Source of the DNA: Bugula neritina
Taxonomy: Eukaryota; Animalia; Bryozoa
Reading direction: 5' to 3'
DNA length: 64,000 bases
Assembly (NCBI GenBank): GCA_964035545.1
Contig: OZ037765.1
Location: 26,287,504 to 26,351,503, forward strand
Shown here: positions 26,401 to 39,184 of the stretch, piece by piece
Layout of the letters: every line of letters begins with the position of its first letter
How positions within the stretch are numbered: the stretch's first letter is position 1
Made by a program: the position numbers and the translations under genes
The notes under the pieces: generated by a model
The model's input: the letters and a program-made list of their open reading frames with translations, nothing else
Told to the model about the DNA's origin: nothing
The model's database searches: none

Positions 26401-27684
26401 TCATTTAATAAAAGCATATAATACTAAAGTTTTGATACGTAACTAGACATTGACTGATATACGATTTAGTCATTTGGGTGGATAGAGAGTTGATTGATAA
26501 GGTATCGATGTGTTATGCTTTATGTAAACACACAGGTCGAGTTATCTTTGTGCTCTGTACTTTGATAGGATGACGATAACATTCCTATGCGCATAATGCT
26601 GCTTTTACTGGACGAAGTATTTGATTTGAGAAAAAAGAATCAGTGGTTGAGGAGGCGTATTGTTGCTATTTTGAGACAGATATTGAAAGCTACGCATGGT
26701 GATAAAATCAACAGGTGTGGCCTTGTAAATCAACCTCTAACAAGTTTTAATAAGTATAAATTATTTAATTAATCAGACAAGTTGGAACAACATGTTGCTA
26801 GGCAGCCAGGTGATCATGTGACCATGTTGATAGGAATCGAGTATGTATTAGATACTGAATATGTCCCCATTATGTACAAAAAATGCCTTTATTTCTAAAA
26901 AAATTGTATTTAACTTTTGGCAACTATTTTGGTTACCTTGTGTCTATATATGCTGTTCTATAAATTGAATGGAACAAATGTTTTGGTTGGTGCCTCATTG
27001 CTGGACTTATTTTAATTAATTTTGTGAAGTAAATCCGCATAGTTTTGCCTATAAACTGGGAATATGAACACTCTGATCATATTGCTAACATTTCTAAATC
27101 ATTTGCAGACGCATAGTTGACCATGTGGAGATGCTGACATCTGCTGATCAAGTAGCAGAGTATATAAAACAAGTTAAAGATCGTTGGTGGCCATCAGGGA
27201 TGCTCGCCGAACCTAGTCCAGTCAGAGATAGAGAAACACAGCTAAGGACGTCTATGGTCTGCAAAGCTAAAATGATCGGCGCAGTACCTGGTAAGTTAAC
27301 TAAGACCATGTGAAGCAGCTAACTTCACTTTGAACTTTAAGCTGAAACTAGGTTACGGCATCACTAGCATATGTACTTGAAAGCAAAATGGCAATTTATT
27401 TTAATTTCTTAGAAATTACATATAAAAAAGTTCATCACTTCGATTAACTTGTTTTAGATGAGTTGCGTCATCTTATTGGCACAGAGACAACCAGGGCAGG
27501 TGTGCTGAGGCTGTTTTCCATGTGTCAACACCATCGACTGAACAAAAGACTTCTGCTTGTCATCATTGAAGGTGTTATGCTCACACTGTTTCCTCAAAGT
27601 TCGTATGAAAAAATATTTAGGCAGATACATAGTAGTTCCCAGCGTGGTCGCACTGACTCATCCTTCAGTCAATCCTCTAGCTAA
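14492..27684 (+). CDS. SNX13: Sorting nexin-13 (N-terminal TM hairpin, PXA, RGS, PX, Nexin_C), multi-exon, complete CDS
   Basis: Spliced exons: 14492-14607 MATKNVVAWGSAGVAIYFGVFG..., 16497-16596 ...TPSSVGIPK, LDRRLTGASNIDEQLQEV...RDYIEVWY (16908), SQPDYVNQSIIWM, PX GKTYAVYSIQV...RRYSDFHDL / FPGKRTFNN, Nexin_C DDNIPMRIMLLLLDEVFDL..NQWLRR, WWPSGMLAE, DELRHLIGTETTRAG..LFPQ. These match my recall of vertebrate SNX13 rather than SNX14/19/25. AATAAA at 27830. Confidence 0.95.
14955..15065 (-). mobile_element. tRNA-derived SINE remnant (family B)
   Basis: Reverse complement has a B-box (GAGGTTCGATTCC). It shares gtagtactac...gaaa(t/c)agcttgta...caccaggaatcg with 51886-51950. Confidence 0.55.
15152..15958 (+). 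CDS. Nested single-exon gene or alternative terminal exon: Cys-rich C2H2-like single-pass membrane protein (resembles the Arabidopsis At5g63280-type 'C2H2-like zinc finger' family)
   Basis: Intact, complex 268-aa ORF. Signal-like N-terminus (MLVTMFLVHYLSVCYG), CSREKS, CPFSPVND, W-x-C-x2-C-x12-H-x4-H, CLADLCDILRC, further paired Cys, TM YALAFCILLTLLAIYF and a polar tail. Acceptor at 15110-15111, AATAAA at 16153. Family assignment is from recalled motifs (CSRERSR...CLADLCGALHC). Confidence 0.85.
   Translation: MLVTMFLVHYLSVCYGKECSREKSQQARLIINKVVVPMYSIGSLDMPDTCPFSPVNDQYASQEAMKRRLGSKWMCSVCAKTFPTENDLDSHLNDNHQNLNHYATGGCLADLCDILRCGPFFDLPQEKTSCDEVAMSELKLKCMNMVRDSCSPARLSPQGRVEVEVRVQASVCSYLTCDEYWTTPDEDPSTEHYYYTTYALAFCILLTLLAIYFKIATSNIDNSVSIETMLAEADNLQRPEPAIISPDNNEMEIRHRNPTSQRQWSENE
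19587..20415. repeat. (GTGTATACTGTA)-type satellite filling almost an entire SNX13 intron
   Basis: About 830 nt of gtgtgtatactgta/gtgtacgctgta variants from the donor (19587) to just before the acceptor (20427). Confidence 0.95.
23196..23210 (+). other. Candidate 15-nt (or 12-nt, NAGNAG) microexon of SNX13 at the start of the PX domain (adds AASDT)
   Basis: ctttCAG|CAGcgtcagatactg|GTGAGT. It is phase 1-1 between exons ending ...IIKT-g (~23016) and starting gt-LVKDR (24124). Confidence 0.6.
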
Positions 27685-29199
27685 TTTATTTCTTTTTTAT
27701 TTACTTATTTATTTATTTATTCATTATGGAAGTTGTTGCGTATTGAAAATTGAAATGCATTCGTTGCACATGAACTAAATATTTATATTATGTAATATAT
27801 TATAAGTATTTAACTTGGTATAAATTATCAATAAAGGAGTTTATATTTTTCTATAAATATTGTAGTTATTGAACTCAGCTCCAGCACAACTGTCTATTAT
27901 TCGAATCCATACTTTGTTTTTAGCTATGAGTATAAGTTCTTACATTTGTTTATATATTTGTTAGTTCTTGAAATGATGGGTTGACAGTTTTAGTTCACAG
28001 GCTATTTAGTGAATGATGACTATAAGGAATGCAAGCAGTAAGAAAGCAAGCTACACCTTTGATTGATGCACTAGACATTTTTAGCATGTCGGTGGTGTGT
28101 CATTTAAGTGGTGTCCAGACTGCGTAGCTACAAAAGTGAGGTACTGATACCTGTACATTGCGCTGCAGGCTGCTATAATGCATGTCAACTATCTTATCAG
28201 GTTTTATAGTTAGCAAAGGCGAAATCTTCTACCCACGTAAATAGCTTATCTTCACCTACTTGTTTAAAGGGTGACGTTTAATGAAGATAATACAACCATT
28301 ATTAGTATTTTGGGTGGTAACCTTGAAGTGAATTCTCAGTGAAAATTGATAACAGGCCAGGAACTTACATGCTCACAATTATTAGGTCAACCACAAATAA
28401 GGTGTAGTTGGGTGGTTATTCGATTTTCATAGTAATAGTTAAAATTCTAATGTGATTGAGTGACCCAAGCACTCTACATTCAGCTGCTAAGGTTTACAAA
28501 TATATTGTAGACTCTTTTACCTGCACATTGCTATTGTAAAGTTCTTCTTCAAGTTTTGGTACTGGATAAGCTTTTAACATCAAATTTAAAATAATGTGAT
28601 GTTAATGAAGATATTGAAACTCTTCGTTTCTCTTTTTTATTCATACTGCTATGTTCTTGAAACACATGTCATTTACTTAATAGTTTGGCCATGATATTTT
28701 CTGATTATCCTGAAAATGCTGAACCAGATAAAAACACCTCTGCTGCTATAGATATGTGTATGTCATGTGGACAAATCATTGAAAGTTAAAAATATGCAGT
28801 ATTGGAATTTTTTTGGAAACTAATCAGTTTTATGCATTAAGCTTTCTGCAAAAACAGAAGCTTGTTGCTGGATTATATGAAAACTGGCTTAGTCATAATT
28901 GGCATTTACTCTGGCAATGTTCGTTGAGTTGTTTGATATTATGTAATGTAACAAAATTTAGGGTTCTTATTATAACGTGACATGTAAGGAAAAGCAATAA
29001 TACTTTACAGAAAAAAATTCCCCCTAATCAGTCTTGGACTCATCTTGAAATCTCATCTTATTGATCTAAGGTCAATTATGCAACGTTGAACTTTTCTGTA
29101 TTAAAAAGAAATTTTCACTAAAATAACTCAGAATAGAAAAACGGTTTCACTTGTCAGCATTCATTATTAGAATTGGCCAATTTCAGGCAGTTTCATATA

Positions 29200-32100
29200 A
29201 TGAGGCTAACTAATATTATATTTCTTGTTGGACTTCATCTAGTCTCAAGTCAAACAATCAATTTACGTAATAATGGGTATGAAAATGTGCTGATTGCTAT
29301 ATCAAACACTGTGCCATATGATGCTAGTCTGGTGCCCAGCATTAAGGTATGTTGATATTTTTTATATTTATACACGTTTTTTTTCAAGTCACCAATATAT
29401 GAAATATTGAAAAAATTACTTTTTCATGAGCATCTGAGATTTTCTCTGTTTTTAAAGAACACAATTTTTAGACTACTAGTGTCAAACTATTGGGTTACTT
29501 GATTGCTGCCCCTTAGAATGCCTGTCCTTAAAGCCTTAGCCCCTTTGTCTGTCTTTAATTTTATAGGAATTATTCAATGATGCTTCAGCCACTCTGTTTC
29601 AAGCTACCAACTTCAGAGCCTACTTCAGAAACATAACTATCCTCATTCCCTCTAGCTGGAATGTTACAGGAGTTCAGCCTGCTACATCTGAGTCATATGA
29701 TAAGGTGCAAATGTGTTTTAGTATTATATACTTGCCAAGTGTAATCGTAATTATAGGAATAAACTTTTTATGTTGTACCTACACAGGCTTTTGGATGGTG
29801 AATTTCAAGGGCTTATTAAATGCATGTAATATTTATATAATATTTAGGAGATGTACTTAACCCACTGTCTTTTGTAAATTTTTTTAGAATTTTAATAATC
29901 AAGTTGAAGGTGCTCAGTTATCTACAAATCACAAGCTGTTAATAGCAAGGAATTAAAGTCTACTGTCCCATGTTCTATAGCACACGCAATAGCATATGTA
30001 TATAGCTTATGTATATATCATATGTATATATCATATGTATATAGCGTGCAAATATAGCATATGCAGATAATGCAAAATGTCTGTGTATTTACTGGGCTAC
30101 ATTATATGTACATCACAATTATTCTAGGCTAATATACGAGTAGATGACGAAAATGACTTTGGTGATAACAGTCCATGGGTAAAGCAGATATCTGGTTGTG
30201 GTAAAGGAGGAGAATTCATGCATCTCTCTAGAAAATTCATCACCGATAAAGATTTTGCCAAGGCATACTTTGGTTACCCAGGTATGAACCCCAAGCTTAG
30301 AATTGTGTTGAAATTAGAAATTACTTGAAATATAATATAATATTACAAGAACAATGTTTATTTATTGTTTTATTTGAAGCATAAGTTTGTTGCAGTAAAA
30401 TATTATGTCTTCGAGAAGTTGCTTAGTAAATTATTGCAGTAGTTTGAAGGTGGTTTTATTTAAAGAATACTTTGGACCTAAATTGTTACATTTTCATGAC
30501 ATGCACATTATACAAATAGATGCCCGTATGGATTAATTTGTGCTTGCTGTTTGCATTAACTTATGGTTGCGGTTTTGCTTCGTTGCAACTATTTCCATGG
30601 GACAAATAAAAAATCCATTTGCATTATCCTCATCATGTAAATGTAGTGATAGTACACCTTAGAGTGGGTTGAGTTATCTTCCCTCTTCACCACAGAGGCA
30701 GCACCTAATTATGTCATAATTTTAGGAAAGACTGTGATTCACGAATGGGGACATCTGCGATGGGGTTTATTTGAAGAATATCCGATTGGTGACACAGACC
30801 ACTTCTACATCTCAGAATTGAACAGAGTAGAGCCAACCAGGTGCAATATACATGTACAAGGCAGAATGCGAAACCACAGGTCAGACAGTGAATGCATACT
30901 TGATCCTGAGACATCACTTCCTGAAGCTAACTGCAGATTCTATCCAAGTGCAAACCAGACTACGGCTACAGGTTCTATTATGAGTCACCACTTTCTTCCC
31001 ACAGTGAGTTTCTACTTTTATGTTTATATGTTTTATTGACATCTTTGCTTATAGTGATCTTATCACTGTATTGTGTGACTACAGGTAGTCTCTTTCTGTG
31101 ATGACGATGAGTACGGGTATAGTTCTGTTCACAACTATGAAGCTCCAACTATGCAGAATAAACTTTGTGCTGGAAAATCTGCCTGGGGTGTCATGAAAGA
31201 CCATGTGGACTTTAGTAACGGTTCGTTTACATTTCAACGTTTACATATAGAATAATAGAACTCTAATATAAATCTGTATTTTTTCTGCCGATTTCGTTTC
31301 ACAGAAACAGCTCGACGCTCTCTCAGATATTCTAAAAACTCTTGACTGCTACTTGTGTTGCTAGAATTTGGAACACATTCACTGCAGATATATAATAAAC
31401 CAAATGTTGGATTAAATTAGTGTTAATGTCAAACCAAACCAAAAAGATGCAGGGGCAACGTGGTTTATAGGTTCTATTAAAGGGATACAGAAGTTATGTA
31501 CTTCTAATATATCTACATGAGTGAGAAGGACAATGGGGCAAACACTAAACTCAATGATAACTAGTTTTTACAACTATTTCTATAATCTGGGAATATAAAA
31601 TTGTATTAGCATATTCTAATTTATAATTAAATAGATATCTGCCATATAAACATCTTATGAATATAATATTTAGGTAATATATATTCTACCAACTTATTTT
31701 GTATTAATGGGTTACATAAGTGTGTGCATGTATAATTTGATAGGTAATAATCAGCCTGTTGACTCTATAGACTTTGATACCAAAGTAACATTCAACGTAG
31801 TCCAAAGAAAAGAAACTAGAGTTGTTGTGGTGATGGATGTTTCTGGAAGCATGGTAAATTCACGGACCTCTTCTACCCAGTTATATCTTTAATACTTATT
31901 AATATTAGATTACTTCTAAGGTTCTCACTGTTTGTTTAGTGTCACACGGTATATAAAGATTGTAGAATATAATGTATTCAGTTACTATAGTTGATGAAAT
32001 AATTACTACAAATTGTGATCCTACGCTAAATGTTTTTAGTGGTACAATGATTACTACAAAAAGTTGAATGCCGCAGTACGCCGCTATATAATGTACACGT

Positions 32101-35100
32101 TGCCGCAGAATTCCAAGATTGGCCTGGTTAAATATAGCGGCACTGCCAGAAGGATTACCTCCCAGCTTTACCAAGTAACTTCTTTATCTGACCGAAAGTT
32201 CTTGGCAAACTTAGTTCCTCTGGAAAACGGTGGTAGCACAGCTATTGGTAAAGGACTACTAGTGGCAAAAGAGGTTATAGTCTTAGATTGTTTGTAATTT
32301 GTAATGATTTACTTCAATGCATGTAATTCTTTTTCTATTTGCATACAATTCAGTGAAATATAGGCCAATTTATAATAGAAGGAACATGTGCATTAGATGA
32401 ATGTGCTTTTTTCTATTGATTATTTGCATAGAGTTTAAGCCACATAATGTCCATCAGAAGTTTCTCACCATTTCTCACCGTTTCTCACCTTATTCGTTTT
32501 AGTTTTTTCGCATAGTGGAGTACCCATCACAAGTGCTTTATGTCTATGGTGTTTTTTTTCTAGTTGCTAGAAATGAATGACGAAGAAACAAAAGGAAGTA
32601 GAATAATTCTGCTGACTGATGGCCAAGAAAATGTTAGTCCCAGAGTAGCCGAAGTTCAGTCAGACATAGTATCGGCTGGAATTACTGTTGACACCATTCT
32701 ACTGACAGAGTCAGCAACTGATGTGCTGATATCCTTGGCAGCCAACACTGGTCTGCACAAAATGCTGTTTGTAATCATTGCTCATGGTGTATCGGATTAA
32801 TTTGCAGCCACTTGCACGCTGTTGGCTGCTGATACAAAGTTGTTGCTAGTTTGATATCAGCTTTAGCTCCAAGTATCTGCCTTGCTAATTTGGGTTTTCA
32901 AATACAAAAGAAAATATTGAAGATAATTATAGCTGACAATTTGAAAACTGGTAATATTTGATTTTTTCATGAAAATTAAAAAACATACCTGCTAAACTTT
33001 CAGTAAATAACAAAATACATTTAACTATACTATATTTCAGCCAGCAAAGAATTATTTCAAATAACAGTTGTACGATCTTTATTGTTTTAAGTTTGTAATA
33101 AAATGTAGATAAACATTTTGAAAGAAAACATTAGTGTAATTTTGATATCTTACTAGAATAATTTATGTTAACAGGCTGCTAATCAATGCTGTTTTGCATT
33201 AGGTAGCATTTTTTCTTATTCACTGTCTGTATTCTGTCTAATTCTCAGGTGGTATGTGTTTCTACTCCTCTGGAGACAGTCTGTCAACCAGTCTGGCTGA
33301 TGCCTTCACTACATCAGAGAGAACTAGAGTAAATGATCCTAAAACAATGCCCATTACAGTGAGTATAATTCCACAATATGGACTGTGTGTAGGTGTATTT
33401 ACAACATGCTCTTGATGAAAGAATGCTTAAATTTTGAAAGTTGAAATTAGTCATATATAGTTTAAAATAAGATGCCGAAATGTTTTTTACCTTTTGTTCT
33501 TATGTTTTGTTTTGAGCCAAAAGTCAAGAGCCTAAAATCTACTGCATAATGCCCTGGGATACTATTTGGTTGACTGTGAAAGTTTTTAATAATATAATAA
33601 TATTGTGAAGAAATTTCTAATTAAAATTAGAGAGCAGTTATGTACTAGTAGTTAAAGGAAGCGCTAGGACTTGAGTTCAGATCTAGAGAAGGTTATTAGT
33701 ACTTCAACCCCCCAAAAGCTCTGGTGCAAGCATAGTGATGGACTGAGTTCCTTAAAAGCCCTTGTAATCAAGGTTCTCTTAGAGATGGAAGATTCAAACG
33801 TACAAAAATGTTTTATTTTGCCATTGAATTTTTACAATCTTACTAACATACTACTAGTTACTGAATACCATATACATGCAAGCTGTATTGTTTGTCTAAT
33901 GCTTCACCATTTTTCTTTGTTAAAAATTGCTTTATATGTGATATGCAGATAGAGAGTAGAGTGATACAGGCACTACCAAGCATTCGGAAGTGTTTTAGTG
34001 TCTTGGTAGACAGTGCACTTGGCTTTCGCACAACATTTACATTCAGTTGGGTCAACACTAACCGCCTTTTTATTAGAATTACTGATAGTAATAACCAAAC
34101 CGTAACCGCCACAGTTGATGATTCTGCTACAGCTGCAGCCTTTCAGTGTGCAGCTCAATGTATGGTAAGTGTTTCAAAATGTAGAGATAGAAAACACTAA
34201 TTGCCAATTACTGTAGGATTTGCTATGTATTTGTAATATTTAGTGCGAAGTATTCTGTCAGTCTTTTACTAAATAATTCTATTTTGTTTAAAACTCTAGT
34301 TGTGAAAGTTGTATCGTAAAGGAAAAGATTTGTAAAGCGCTATTGTTGTTATTGTTTTCATATAACAATATTTCGCTGCATTAATACAAAAAGTGAAAGT
34401 AAATTTAAAGCAATTTTTTATTGTTGTGTTGGATTTAAATATAAATCTGGTTTAATTCTATTTAATACTATATTCTCACATTTTTTTCTAATTTATGATC
34501 TGGTTTTTTTTGTGTAATCAGGAACTGCTCTTGATATTGTGCTGCAATAATGTCAGCTTTATGATCTAAAAACCATTTCTATATAATTGTTGATATTTAA
34601 AAACTATTAGTGGACTCTCACACATGGCAACATTTCAATTTATTAGAATCATGTTTTTTTAATTTTTATGCTGTCTTCTAATAAGTTACTATTCCAAATT
34701 TTGTCTAATCAATTGTCTATATTGATGTCAAAATTTTATTAGCTTTCACTCAAAACTGTCAATGTGTCAAATTAAATAGCAAGATATGGCTTCATGCCAA
34801 GCCATTATAATAACATGTCTAAAAAAAGTAATATCTCCTTGTCGATATCTAACAGTTGATTGGCCAGTTTAGCTGTAGCTCTTGACCAATAATTTAGCTT
34901 GTAGTAACTTTTTTCATTTCCTTCTTTTTTCCAATTGATAATTAATTTTGTTTTAGCTTTTAAGATGCTAATGCTAAAGAGTGTAGGCTTTCAAAAACTT
35001 TGCTTAAATTTATGCAGATCTAAAGGCTGCAAAAACAGAAAGTTATAAATTTTGTTATAATTTAATTTGTTGTTTTAAATGTGGATAAGTTGTGAGCTGT

Positions 35101-37808
35101 TTTATTTACACTTCACTAGACTGGTAAATGGGATGTTTGCATTTTCAACATTGGAAACACAATGGAGAATGTCATTGTGCAAGTTGAGTCTACAGCCAGA
35201 ATTGCTTCCAGCACATCAACCAATCAAAACGGTGAAGATTTAGAAAAGCTACTGCCTATCACAGTTCGGCCTTTCATTGTCAACAAAGAACCAGATTTTA
35301 ATGACTTTGGTACGGTTTAAGTTTATGGATTTTCAAAGAATAAATCTTTTAATTTCGTTCTTGATCAAACTTTCAACTTTTTTCAAAGCTCAAGTTATTA
35401 AACAAGCAAATTATTGTTATATATTTTAAACAGATGCAGAGCCAGTGTCAGTGTTTGCTACTGTGAACCGTGGATACTCACCAGTGATTGGTGCCAAAGT
35501 AGTCGCTACTATAGAATATCCAGATTCTTATTCCAAATCAGAACTTGAGATGAGAGATGATGGAGCAGGAGCTGATATTATTAAAGGAGATGGCACATAC
35601 TCGGTGTATATTGTGAATGCTCAAATTATCGGCAAACATACAATATCTATTCATGTGATAAATTCCAATGATACGAGAATCAAGAATGTAAAAACTGTTA
35701 GTGCTGCAAGTAGAATATCTAGTAAGTGTCTAATATTTATAGAGTTTTATTAAATCAAAGTTACACGTAATATAAGATCTAATTTTCTAAGTTTCTGTAT
35801 AGCAAAAAAGTTGAATCAATCCTACAATGTAAACCAAACTCTTTTTGCCATTTTAAAGAGCCTGGAGATCCAATAGGCATCCAGAAAGTTGAACTGGAAG
35901 CAACTGGAAATTTTCAAAGGTTTTCGCTTGCTGGATTCATTGATGTAAAAAGTGTAGCCCCACCTACCAGGGATACAACTGCACCTTCAAGAATTCTTGA
36001 TCTGAAAGTGACAGAAGCATCTTATGATGAAAGTAGAGTGACATTAGAGTGGACTGCAGTTGGTGATGATTTAGATAGTGGAACAGGTACGCGCAGTTGT
36101 CCCTTTTAAATATTTTGGTCTGTAGTTACACTTAACAACTGATAAAAATTCCTATTACAGAAATGACATAAAGTTCTGTGGATTGCAGATACTAAATGCA
36201 TGGTTTGACCATTCACATATAATTCATTGTAGTTATTCTAAATATTTGAATTCTCTAAACCCTTTTTACCCTTTAGCTTCTTATTATGAACTGTGGAAAG
36301 CTGACAGTCACAAAGTATTATATAAAGCCAAAGAAAATGCCACAAAAGTTGAGGATGCTGATATCATAAGTGGGAGCTTGAGTTCTCCATCTCCAGCCTA
36401 CACCAGAGAAAAACTGGTTCTGAATATACAGGATAGAGACGACATATCTGTGTATGCTATCATTGCTAAGGATGATGCAGGAAATGCAGGACAGTTATCC
36501 AACATTGTTTCTGTTAAACTCGTCTATATACCCCCGACCACTACGCCAACTACTACACCAACCACTACACCAACCACTACACCAACCACTACGCCAACCA
36601 CTACGCCAACTACTACGCCAACCACCACGCCAACCACCATGCCAACCACCACGCCAACCACCACGCCAACCACCACGCCAACCACCACGCCAACCACTAC
36701 GCCAACCACCACGCCAACCACTACGCCAACCACCACGCCAACTACTACGCCAACCACCACGCCAACCACCACGCCAACCACCACGCCAACCACCACGCCA
36801 ACCACCACGCCAACCACCACGCCAACCACCACGCCAACCACCACGCCAACCACCACGCCAACCACCACGCCAACCACCACGCCAACCACTACGCCAACCA
36901 CCACGCCAACCACTACAACCACCACGCCAACCACTACGCCAACCACCACGCCAACTACTACGCCAACCACTACACCAACCACCACGCCAACCACTACGCC
37001 CACCACCACGCCAACCACTACACCAACCACCACGCCCACAACCACGCCAACCACTACACCAACCACCACGCCAACCACTACACCAACCACCACGCCAACA
37101 ACCACGCCAACCACTACACCAACCACCACGCCAACCACTACACCAACCACCACGCCAACAACCACACCAACCACTACACCAACCACCACTACAACCACCA
37201 CGCCAACCACCACGCCAACCACTACACCAACCACTACACCAACCACTACAACCACCACTACAACCACCACGCCAACCACTACAACCACCACGCCAACCAC
37301 TACAACCACCACGCCAACCACTACAACCACCACGCCAACAACCACACCAACCACTACACTACCATCTACTCTACTACCGACCACTACATCACCGACCACT
37401 ACATCACCAACCACTACACCATCAACCACTGTGCCACCAGCCACTACACCACCAACCATTACACCACTAACTGCTCAACCACTAGCTCCCCATCAGATTG
37501 CTAGCATCCTAACACCAACTACTAAGTCTTCAATTTTTGCTCTTAATACAGGGTATCCGTTTGGTGTTGATAATTATATTATCATTGGCATTGCAATAGG
37601 AGCTGTTATCTTAGTTCTAATTGGAGCTTTTATTTCTGTACTAGTGTGTGGCTTTAGAAAGAGAGGTTCTATGAATGTAGTTGCATTGGCTAACACTGCT
37701 ACTCACAATTCAATTTACAAATCTAACAATAAAGCCTGTTTGCAAAGTTTTGCTGTCAACAGCAACAAGCAAGTCAGCACTGTGAGTGACTTTAAATATA
37801 TTGTGTGA
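29200..37808 (+). CDS. CLCA-like protein copy 1 (calcium-activated chloride channel regulator family; metalloprotease + vWA + FN3-like + long mucin stalk + TM)
   Basis: About 14 GT-AG exons: signal peptide + LRNNGYENVLIAI, HEWGHLRWGLFEEYP, FCDD..HNYEAP..QN..C, vWA VMDVSGSM / GGSTAIGKGL / ILLTDGQEN, SPVIGAKVVATIE..MRDDGAGAD..DGTYS, APSRILDL..LEWTAVGDDLDSG, then a terminal exon with the Thr/Pro stalk and TM. Confidence 0.92.
29985..30065. repeat. Short 14-bp tandem repeat (atagcatatgtat-type) in a CLCA copy 1 intron
   Basis: Direct inspection. Confidence 0.7.
36531..37460 (+). repeat. Coding 12-bp minisatellite (CCAACCACCACG) encoding a (PTTT)n mucin-like stalk
   Basis: About 930 nt in frame within the terminal exon of CLCA copy 1. 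Confidence 0.97.
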
Positions 37809-39184
37809 TCAATTTAGCCAGAGAAAGTTTTGTTTATGGAAAACATAAATTCAAAGCAGTTAAACTTGCATTGCTCCAATTACTCTACACATTATGTTAA
37901 ATAACACTAATTTTTTATATATCTTTATCAGCTATATTGGACCACTGTTGACACAGTTTGTGATTACAGACTCATCTTTTATTTTAGCATTTTTAAAAAT
38001 TCCTTATTTTAAAACATTTACCTTTTTAACACAACTATGTTACTTTATTATAGATGTTTTTTTTCTATTTTTTATTAATAAAGCCAAGTTGAGAACCTTG
38101 AAAGTAATGAAAGCTGCATTGCTCATACATTTTGAAACTCTCAATAAGCAAAAACCATTTGTCAACTTTTTCATCATAAAATAATATCTTGCAGAATATC
38201 CACTACCAGTGTTTATTTCTAAAAAGAACAATATAAGAAATCTTGAAACTATGAAAATAATGAGACCATTAAAAATACCTTCTAATGAAACTTTCCATTA
38301 CTTTGAAATAAAGCAGTTTTTTGTTATTTTTTTGTAGTAATTTAAACAGAAAACACCCTTTCTTGAGAGCTGAAGGCAAACTGCTGAACAGTTGCTCATA
38401 GCAAATTTGTGGTTTAGATTTGCTTTAACTGTGCAGTTTTATATGATTATCAGGTGCTTTTACCAGCCAATGTGATCTAAAAATAGAAATAATTGTCACA
38501 AAGAGATAGCTTGAGGATTAACACAGAGTGTTGCATTCAAAGTATGGTATATATTCTAGCACGAATCAATAACTACTTTCAACTCTACAGCTTGTTTAAA
38601 AGTACGTTCCAAGTATACCGCGTTGATTCTTGTTTTTGAGTGCCTGCATAAAGTCATTTAAATTCGGTACATTTTAAAAGCTTTGCTTCTGTATTAGAAT
38701 ATATACGGCTTTACTAGCTTCATATTGGCACAACCTAAACAATCAGGCTTATCCTAGTTGCTTGGTTACGCAGCAGCCATTTTTTTCAGATAAAACATTA
38801 CCTTGCGCTTATATTTGCTTTTAACAAAAGTTGATCGGATTGTACTGCTGACAATTGGGGAAGGGGGAGGAGGGCTGAAATAGTGTGACAATAATTAACT
38901 GAATGCTGACATTACTATATGAAAGACTAAAATTTAAAAAAATTATTTAAAGCTACATTTTAAACTGTAAGCCTTTGGCCTTAGGATTGTTACAGTTTTT
39001 ACTAAGTTACAAGAGAAAATGTTAACAGGCCTATACAATCCCCCCCCCTTTGCTTGGAGCTCTGGTTAATAATTAATTTGAACTATACATTGTTAAAAAC
39101 ATGCCAAAGATATAATTTGAAACACTTATCAGTACAGAATTTTCTTGATTTTCTTAGTTGAATGGGTGAAGCAGAAGTAACACC

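Noticed and set aside
36454-37470. 338-aa (PPRQ)n ORF in an alternative frame and 311-aa (VVVG)n antisense ORF
   Set aside because: Shadow frames of the stop-free 12-bp coding repeat. Only the PTTT frame connects the CLCA domain to the TM.
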